This document shows, in pieces, positions 58,665-64,000 of a DNA stretch of 64,000 bases. The position numbers were made by a program, and so were the translations under genes. The stretch spans positions 4,506-68,505 of the forward strand of contig JACQXB010000022.1 in assembly GCA_016208965.1 (NCBI GenBank), in the 5' to 3' direction. How positions within the stretch are numbered: position 1 is the stretch's first letter; every line of letters starts with the position of its first letter. Source of the stretch: Nitrospirota bacterium (GTDB taxonomy: Bacteria > Nitrospirota > Thermodesulfovibrionia > UBA6902 > DSMQ01). The notes under the pieces are model-generated. The model saw only the letters and a list, made by a program, of their open reading frames with translations, was not told the DNA's origin and did no database searches.

Positions 58665-59957
58665 ATGAATCTCGCAATTAATCACATCACTGAAGGAAGT
58701 ATTGCCAGCAAAATAGGACTTCAAAACGGAGACACTGTCATAGAAGTTAATGGCAATCCTGCAAAGGATATAATTGATTACATGTATTACTCGCAAGAAG
58801 GGTCCCTTTCTTTAAAAGTCCAGCGCGGAAACAAGATATATTCTTTTAAGATAAATAAAAAAGAAAAGACCAATTCCGGATTTGAGTTAAGCCAGTTCAG
58901 GGTAAGGGGCTGCAGGAATAAATGTGTTTTCTGTTTTGTTGACCAGCTTCCAAAGGGCATGAGGAAAACGCTCTATCTAAAAGATGATGATTACAGGATG
59001 TCATTCCTCTATGGAAACTACATAACACTAACAAATCTCTCGCCTGCTGATAAGAAGCGTATTTTCATACAAAGGCTTAGCCCCCTTTATGTATCGGTTC
59101 ATACAACAAATAACGAGTTAAGAAAAACAATACTCGGCAACCCAAAGGCAGAAGATATACTTAAAGAGATTCAGGAATTCACAAGCAATAAAATAAAGCT
59201 TCATACGCAGATTGTGCTTGTGCCTGGACTAAATGAGGACGTTGAGCTTTCAAAAACCATAAAGGACTTGTATAAATTTTACCCTTATATTGCGTCTATT
59301 GCTGTTGTACCCGTGGGGCTTACAAGATTTAGAAAAACAAATGTAAGGGCTGTTGAAAAAACAGATGCCATAAAAGCAATTGAGATTGTAAAACAGTTCA
59401 GCAAGAGGTTTAAAAAGCGTCATGGCGACTCCATAGTATATGCCTCAGATGAGCTTTACATAAAAGCTGGTATGCCCTTCCCTTCTGTTGATGAATATGG
59501 CGACCTTTCGCAGATTGAAAATGGCGTAGGCTTGATACCATCTTTTTTAGATTCCATGAAAAAATTAAAACTCCCCAAAAAAATAAATCCCAAAAAGATA
59601 GTCACATTTACCGGTGTATCCTTTGCACCTTATCTTGAAGATATATCACAAAAATTAAGAATAATGGATGGACTCTCTCTTGAAGTGTTCAAGATAGAAA
59701 ATAAGTTTTTTGGTCCTACCGTTACAGTTACAGGACTTCTTACAGGCAGAGATATAATTAAATCACTAATGGGAAAGGTAAAGGGAGATTGTCTTTTAGT
59801 GCCAAATGTTACACTGCGGGACGGAAATAATATGTTTTTAGATAATGTAACGCTCAAAGATTTAGAAGAGAATTTAGGCATAAATGTAAGGGCGATAAAG
59901 CCCACACTAAAAGGGCTATTACAGGGGATAACAGATGAATGTGACAGGAAAAACTAA
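58665..59957 (+). CDS. DUF512 family protein with N-terminal PDZ-like domain
   Basis: GSIASKIGLQNGDTVIEVNG; CRNKCVFCFVDQLPKGMRKTLYLKDDDYRMSFLYGNYITLTNL. Confidence 0.8.
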   Translation: MNLAINHITEGSIASKIGLQNGDTVIEVNGNPAKDIIDYMYYSQEGSLSLKVQRGNKIYSFKINKKEKTNSGFELSQFRVRGCRNKCVFCFVDQLPKGMRKTLYLKDDDYRMSFLYGNYITLTNLSPADKKRIFIQRLSPLYVSVHTTNNELRKTILGNPKAEDILKEIQEFTSNKIKLHTQIVLVPGLNEDVELSKTIKDLYKFYPYIASIAVVPVGLTRFRKTNVRAVEKTDAIKAIEIVKQFSKRFKKRHGDSIVYASDELYIKAGMPFPSVDEYGDLSQIENGVGLIPSFLDSMKKLKLPKKINPKKIVTFTGVSFAPYLEDISQKLRIMDGLSLEVFKIENKFFGPTVTVTGLLTGRDIIKSLMGKVKGDCLLVPNVTLRDGNNMFLDNVTLKDLEENLGINVRAIKPTLKGLLQGITDECDRKN

Positions 59958-60759
59958 GGCACTCGGAATATTTGGCTTCCCTGTGGAGCATACGCTCTCT
60001 CCAGCAATACACAATGCCGCGTTTGAGGCACTGGGACTTGATATGTGCTATCTTCCCTTCAAGGTTTCTCCGGAAGATTTACTGCAAGCTGTAAACGCAG
60101 TAAGAGCATTAAATATCCTCGGCGTTAATATAACCGTGCCTCATAAAGAAAAAGTAATTCCTCTGCTTGATGAGGTTGATGAAGAGGCTCGTTTTATAGG
60201 CGCAGTAAATACAGTGGTTAATAAAAATGGCAGACTTAAGGGATATAACACAGACGGTAGAGGCTTTATTAATTCCCTCTCAGAAAATAATATCTCAGCA
60301 GAAGGCAAGGAAATACTGATACTTGGTGCAGGCGGCGCCTCAAGGGCAATAAGCTATTATCTGAGTGAAGCTGCTAAGAAATTATTTTTATACGACCTTG
60401 ATACTCTAAAGACAGAAAAACTTGTAAATGATTTGAAAAAGATCCGTAATAATGTCTTTGCCATTAATGATATAAGAGAGGTTAAAAATTTTGATATAGT
60501 CATTAATGCAACCCCTCTTGGACTTAAGCCTGATGACCCGATGCCTCTAAGTACTGACTTGATTACCTCTAAAATGATAGTATGCGACCTCATCTACAAA
60601 CAAACAAAATTTCTAAAACATGCCGAAGCAAAAGGGGCAAAAACCCTTGACGGTTCCGGTATGCTTTTATGGCAGGGTGTGCTGGCGTTTGAATTGTGGA
60701 CAGGATTAAAGCCGCCTGTGGATACAATGCGTAAGGCACTGCTTGAGAGAATTGGATGA
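59935..60759 (+). CDS. aroE: shikimate dehydrogenase
   Basis: FGFPVEHTLSPAIHNAAF, GVNITVPHKE, GAVNTV, GYNTDGRGF, LGAGGASRA. Confidence 0.9.
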   Translation: MNVTGKTKALGIFGFPVEHTLSPAIHNAAFEALGLDMCYLPFKVSPEDLLQAVNAVRALNILGVNITVPHKEKVIPLLDEVDEEARFIGAVNTVVNKNGRLKGYNTDGRGFINSLSENNISAEGKEILILGAGGASRAISYYLSEAAKKLFLYDLDTLKTEKLVNDLKKIRNNVFAINDIREVKNFDIVINATPLGLKPDDPMPLSTDLITSKMIVCDLIYKQTKFLKHAEAKGAKTLDGSGMLLWQGVLAFELWTGLKPPVDTMRKALLERIG

Positions 60760-60938
60760 GGCCTTGAACTTATATTCCTTGCTTGAAAATTTCAGAGGAA
60801 GCCATCGTCAATATAAACACCCTACGAAGGCAGGCAGGGTAATCCCGATGCTTCGGGACCGGTCATCCTAATGATGATTTGGCGCCAGGAACCTTAAACA
60901 GTATTTTGAAGCAGGCTAAATTGAAGGAGGTAAAATAA
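60752..60938 (+). pseudogene. hicA: hicA-like toxin gene, disrupted (internal deletion plus about 13-nt insertion causing a frameshift)
   Basis: Frame 1 reads ...LLENFRGSHRQYKHPTKAGRVIPMLRDRSS*. Another frame reads GHPNDDLAPGTLNSILKQAKLKEVK*. Together these match HicA (GSHxxxKHPxKxGRVT(V/I)PGHPxxDLxxGTLxSILKQAGL). Confidence 0.6.
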
Positions 60939-60939
60939 A

Positions 60940-61152
60940 ATGTATCGTTTTCTTGTTGTAATCGAGAAGGCAAATGGAAACTATTCTGCATATTCACCTG
61001 ACTTGCCCGGATGTGTAGCTACAGGATCTACGCGTGAAGAAGCAGAGCAAAGTATGTATGAAGCCATTGAATTGCACTTGCAAGGGCTGAAGGAAGATGG
61101 GCTGTCTATCCCTCAGTCAACTTCCTTTGCAGAGTATGTTGCCGTCAGATAA
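60940..61152 (+). CDS. hicB: HicB-family antitoxin (UPF0150 fold)
   Basis: YRFLVVIEKANGNYSAYSPDLPGCVATGSTREEAEQSMYEAIELHLQGLKEDG. Confidence 0.8.
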   Translation: MYRFLVVIEKANGNYSAYSPDLPGCVATGSTREEAEQSMYEAIELHLQGLKEDGLSIPQSTSFAEYVAVR

Positions 61153-61172
61153 AATTTCAGTACGGGCACTTC

Positions 61173-61238
61173 CGCTAACATAGCACAAACGGTTAACGCT
61201 CAAATCTAAAGACTTCGTTTGTGCTGGAAACGTTATCT
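61173..61238. repeat. attC-like imperfect palindrome (CGCTAAC-2nt-10bp stem ... 10bp stem-GGAAAC-GTTATCT)
   Basis: cgctaac at agcacaaacg [24 nt] cgtttgtgct ggaaac gttatct. The outer boxes approximate RYYYAAC / GTTRRRY. Confidence 0.5.
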
Positions 61239-61353
61239 CAGAGTCATTTATGTTCCAGACCCAGAGCCGGGGAGTGTTTTTGTCATAACCGCTTTTGAGT
61301 TATCCGGCAAACCATTAATAGCGTATAAACGCAGGAGGCGAAAGAAAAAATGA
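61219..61353 (+). pseudogene. N-terminally truncated upstream partner (toxin-like remnant) of the 61350 ORF
   Basis: The frame opens only after TAA at 61207 and has no ATG. It reads (L)CWKRYLRVIYVPDPEPGSVFVITAFELSGKPLIAYKRRRRKKK*. Its stop overlaps ATG 61350 (ATGA). Family not recognised. Confidence 0.3.
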
Positions 61354-61580
61354 AAAAGAGTAGATTTCCAAAAGGATGGGATGAAAAAAGAGTAAAGAGG
61401 GTTCTTGCCTATTATGAGAAACAAACAGAAGAAGAAGCCTTGGCAGAGGATGAAGCAGCATATGAAGATAAAACTCAGGCCATAATAGAAATCCCTATTC
61501 AATTAGTCTCTGCCGTAAGAGAGCTTATAGCAAAACATCAAGTACGTCATTTGAAGACAACGGCAGGTAACAGAGGCTAA
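61350..61580 (+). CDS. small acidic protein, putative orphan antitoxin
   Basis: MKKSRFPKGWDEKRVKRVLAYYEKQTEEEALAEDEAAYED.... The call rests on translational coupling to the upstream remnant and on context. Confidence 0.4.
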   Translation: MKKSRFPKGWDEKRVKRVLAYYEKQTEEEALAEDEAAYEDKTQAIIEIPIQLVSAVRELIAKHQVRHLKTTAGNRG

Positions 61581-61632
61581 AAATTTTTTTACAAAGGATT
61601 GAACAGGCGAAAAAGGGGACAATTATTTGGAG

Positions 61633-61762
61633 CATGCCCGAAACTTCATTTAACAACAGGCTTGCGCAAAGACCAAAAGGCAAACAAGACCGCTTTATTA
61701 TTGAATCTTTTGACTCTGGCGTTTTTGTTTCACAAGCCCGTTATCTGTTCATTGCGGGCATG
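61633..61762. repeat. attC-like / long imperfect palindromic element, copy A
   Basis: catgcccgaaac...tttaac...gcttgcgcaaagaccaaaaggc...ggcgtttttgtttcacaagccc gttatct gttcattgcgggcatg. Confidence 0.5.
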
Positions 61763-61774
61763 GGAGAAGATGAA

Positions 61775-62008
61775 ATGAAGCAGAAGGATATGTTAATAAA
61801 AAACCTGAAACAGAGTTCCTTAGGAATAGCAGGAATATTTCTTTTATTTGTTGCATTACCAGCGCTGGCAGAAGATTGGAGCCAGCGTTATATCGAAAGT
61901 CTTCCAGACTCCGCCTTTGCTGCCATTGAAATTACGAAAGATGGGAAGAAAATTCGACATCTTCCCCATCATAACCATGTGGGAGAAATGGAAAATTCTA
62001 TTAATTAA
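61775..62008 (+). CDS. small putative secreted protein (signal-peptide-like N-terminus)
   Basis: MKQKDMLIKNLKQSSLGIAGIFLLFVALPALAEDW...LPDSAFAAIE...RHLPHHNH. The upstream part of the track ORF (from 61634) lies over repeat copy A and is probably not translated. Confidence 0.45.
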   Translation: MKQKDMLIKNLKQSSLGIAGIFLLFVALPALAEDWSQRYIESLPDSAFAAIEITKDGKKIRHLPHHNHVGEMENSIN

Positions 62009-62030
62009 ATGCCTGCAACGGACGGCTAAT
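62009..62030. repeat. left-arm-only copy of the palindromic element
   Basis: atgcctgcaacggacggctaat compared with catgcctgcaacgaacggctaac at 62633. Confidence 0.5.
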
Positions 62031-62092
62031 AGTGAACTAAAAGAAAATCCGTCCATCAGTAGTCTTAATCTGGTATAATTAAGTAAACTTGA

Positions 62093-62305
62093 TTGGAAAA
62101 GGGAGAAACCATGAATAAAAAAGAATTGCTTTTAAACGAGATTGAACAAGTTCCAGAGTCGTTTCTTGACGAAGTGTTGGATTTTGTTCATTTTTTAAAG
62201 ACAAAGATAACTAAGGAAAGGCTTGATACTGCCATCGCCAGCGAATCTACCTTAAAAAAAGATTGGCTAAGACCAGAGGAAGATGAAGCATGGCAAACTT
62301 TGTAA
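62093..62305 (+). CDS. putative antitoxin of MazF (DUF2281-like)
   Basis: MNKKELLLNEIEQVPESFLDEVLDFVHFLKTK (likely start at 62111). Overlaps the mazF-like gene. Confidence 0.6.
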   Translation: MEKGETMNKKELLLNEIEQVPESFLDEVLDFVHFLKTKITKERLDTAIASESTLKKDWLRPEEDEAWQTL

Positions 62306-62622
62306 AGGGAGATGTCGTTGTTGTTCCTTTTCCTTTCTCTGACCTAACCCAGTCCAAGAGGCGTCCTGCTTTAGTCATTTCAAAATTAGAGGGCGATGAT
62401 ATAATTCTTTGCCAGATAACCAGTCAAAACATCAAAGACAGCTACGCAATTTCGATTGACGATAAAAACTTTGAAATGGGAGGGTTAAAACAGCCAAGCA
62501 ATGTGAGACCTAATCGTATATTTACAGCAGACAGCCATATTGTTCTCTATAAAGTTGGCAATCTTACAGCCAACAAGCTCAACGAGGTTATTGAAAAGGT
62601 AGTTGAAATTATACGGAAATGA
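62290..62622 (+). CDS. mazF: MazF/PemK-family toxin endoribonuclease
   Basis: VKGDVVVVPFPFSDLTQSKRRPALVIS...CQITSQ... Confidence 0.85.
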   Translation: MANFVKGDVVVVPFPFSDLTQSKRRPALVISKLEGDDIILCQITSQNIKDSYAISIDDKNFEMGGLKQPSNVRPNRIFTADSHIVLYKVGNLTANKLNEVIEKVVEIIRK

Positions 62623-62632
62623 AAGATTTATC

Positions 62633-62733
62633 CATGCCTGCAACGAACGGCTAACACGCCACAAAAGATTAATCATCCAAAGGCTACGCCCTTCTTTTTG
62701 TGGCGAAACCGTTAGCTGTTCATTGCGGGCATG
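62633..62733. repeat. attC-like / long imperfect palindromic element, copy B (23-bp outer arms plus 10-bp inner stem)
   Basis: catgcctgcaacgaac ggctaac ac gccacaaaag [26 nt] ctttttgtggc gaaacc gttagct gttcattgcgggcatg. Confidence 0.6.
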
Positions 62734-62886
62734 AGGGAAGATTTAAAATGGCAAATACAACCAGCCCATTTTAATTTTACTTTCTTTAATTTTACTTTTT
62801 GCTATAATTGAGTTTAACAACATTTTGATTTTCAAAGTTTAGAGGATGCTGAACATCCTCTCTAAATTAAAAGGGGGTAGTATATT

Positions 62887-63744
62887 ATGGATGAAAGAGA
62901 TGTTTACAGGGCTAAGGAGGCAATGCAGTCTGCAATGAAGAAAGGCCCTATGAGGGTATCGCTGATTATTGGAGCAATTCTGGTCTTTTTCCTGTTTTTA
63001 AATCCCTGGGTTCAGATTGGGGCAGGTGAAAGAGGGGTTGTCCTCAATTTTGGCGCTGTTCAGAAAGATGTGTTTGGAGAAGGACTGCATTTCAGGATAC
63101 CTATAATGCAGAAAGTTGCCCGGATGGATGTCAAGGTTCAGAAATCTTTGACAAGTGCCGCTGCTTCATCGTCTGACCTTCAGGAAGTGAGTTCAGAAGT
63201 TGCGCTTAACTATCATATAATTCCAGATAAGGCAAATATTGTCTATCAGTCCATTGGCATACACTTTAAAGAGCGAATCATTGACCCTGCAGTGCAGGAG
63301 GTGGTAAAGGCTGTGACAGCCAAGTATACAGCAGAAGAACTTATCACAAAGAGACCAGCGGTAAGCGAGGCAATGAGAGCAAACCTTGCTGAAAGACTCA
63401 TGGCGCACAACATAGCAGTTGATGCATTTTCTATCATCGGTTTCAGCTTCTCCAAGATATTTATGGAAGCCATTGAATCAAAGCAAACAGCAGAACAGCT
63501 TGCACTAAAGTCAAAGAGAGACCTGGACAGGATAAAAATTGAGGCAGAGCAGAAAGTTACAGCAGCAAGGGCAGAGGCAGAGTCCTTGAGGCTGCAGAGG
63601 GCAAATATTTCAGCAGATCTTATAGAGCTCAGAAAGATAGAGGCTAATCTCAAGGCAATAGATAAATGGAATGGGATACTCCCCCAGGTTACAGGCGGTG
63701 GAGCAATACCATTTATTGGTGTGGGAGATATACAAAAGAGATAA
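62887..63744 (+). CDS. SPFH/band-7 (prohibitin-like) membrane protein
   Basis: N-terminal TM segment, GERGVVLNFGAVQKDVFGEGLHFRIPIMQKV, and a C-terminal coiled coil. Confidence 0.85.
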   Translation: MDERDVYRAKEAMQSAMKKGPMRVSLIIGAILVFFLFLNPWVQIGAGERGVVLNFGAVQKDVFGEGLHFRIPIMQKVARMDVKVQKSLTSAAASSSDLQEVSSEVALNYHIIPDKANIVYQSIGIHFKERIIDPAVQEVVKAVTAKYTAEELITKRPAVSEAMRANLAERLMAHNIAVDAFSIIGFSFSKIFMEAIESKQTAEQLALKSKRDLDRIKIEAEQKVTAARAEAESLRLQRANISADLIELRKIEANLKAIDKWNGILPQVTGGGAIPFIGVGDIQKR

Positions 63745-63841
63745 ATGAAGCACTATTGCATAGTGCTTCGTAAACAAAATGATCATAAAAAATTAGAGAA
63801 TCCCATTGGTTATACACAGCATCAAAAGTCATAACCATTTT

Positions 63842-63908
63842 GTCATTGTCCGGCTTGACCGGACAATCCAGTACGCTCTGGATTCCCCGATCGAGTCGGG
63901 GAATGACG
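63842..63908. repeat. composite palindromic element, variant of the GTCATT...AATGAC family
   Basis: gtcattgtccggcttgaccggacaatccagtacgctctggattccccgatcgagtcggggaatgac. Confidence 0.65.
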
Positions 63909-63929
63909 CTGTTGCTGATTTATGTCGCC

Positions 63930-64000
63930 ATGTATAGATATGTCTTACTGGTTATCATCGCGGGCATTATAGGCGGCATTATAGCCAGAAGAAAGGGGCG
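63930..64000 (+). CDS. start of a small hydrophobic protein (partial, runs off the window)
   Basis: ATG at 63930, then YRYVLLVIIAGIIGGIIARRKG... with no stop before the window end. Confidence 0.25.
   Translation, partial: MYRYVLLVIIAGIIGGIIARRKG

Noticed and set aside
61248-61502. 84-aa minus-strand ORF
   Set aside because: It is antisense to the coupled remnant/antitoxin-like ORFs. Its hydrophobic, low-complexity product is most likely a shadow ORF.
61634-61774. First 47 codons of ORF 61634..62008
   Set aside because: This stretch coincides with palindromic element copy A. A good RBS-like gggagaag and ATG at 61775 precede a signal-peptide-like sequence, so the shorter ORF is preferred.
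1-64000. Prophage, transposon or integrative element with its own recombinase
   Set aside because: I found no integrase, transposase, recombinase or phage structural gene in any frame. The islands are recognised only by duplication scars, repeats and TA content.

Overview
AT-rich chromosomal window from an anaerobic bacterium. The lineage cannot be assigned from sequence alone, and I saw no integrase, transposase or phage structural genes. Housekeeping genes are interrupted by several accessory islands.

Main content, in order:
- A split, archaeal-type glutamate synthase operon (three genes), tRNA-Gly(CCC) and secA.
- A toxin-antitoxin (TA) and DNA methyltransferase island (three TA pairs).
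- trpE/pabB-like, pyrF, dcd, a UbiA-family gene and a DUF1015 gene.
- A complete type I-B (Cst1/Cst2/Cas5-type) CRISPR-Cas locus with a 19-repeat array.
- rluB-like, aspS, a CPA2 antiporter, a LOG-family gene and an M50 protease.
- xfp-ackA and a CaCA exchanger.
- A six-gene Hyf/Ehr-like membrane complex, then mscS.
- A nuoE/nuoF-like pair with a selenocysteine formate dehydrogenase, a cNMP-binding protein and fhs.
- pgsA, a DUF512 gene and aroE.
- A second block of small TA cassettes and an SPFH protein.

Observations most worth follow-up:
1. The cas operon carries three translationally coupled non-cas genes: two ORF6N-domain genes and a COG1373-type AAA+ ATPase.
2. The hydrogenase-like large subunit lacks all four [NiFe] cysteine ligands, making it Ehr-type.
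3. The Ehr island and the xfp-ackA pair are each bracketed by diverged direct duplications of neighbouring gene ends, which look like insertion scars.
4. fdhA is split by an in-frame TGA followed by an fdhF-like SECIS hairpin.
5. Several families of small palindromic or heptamer-word repeats fill the intergenic spacers and are also inserted in-frame into cas6, fdhA, aspS and trpE.
6. The 60.7-62.7 kb TA cassettes are separated by attC-like imperfect palindromes.

All functional calls rest on motif recognition by eye; no database search was run.
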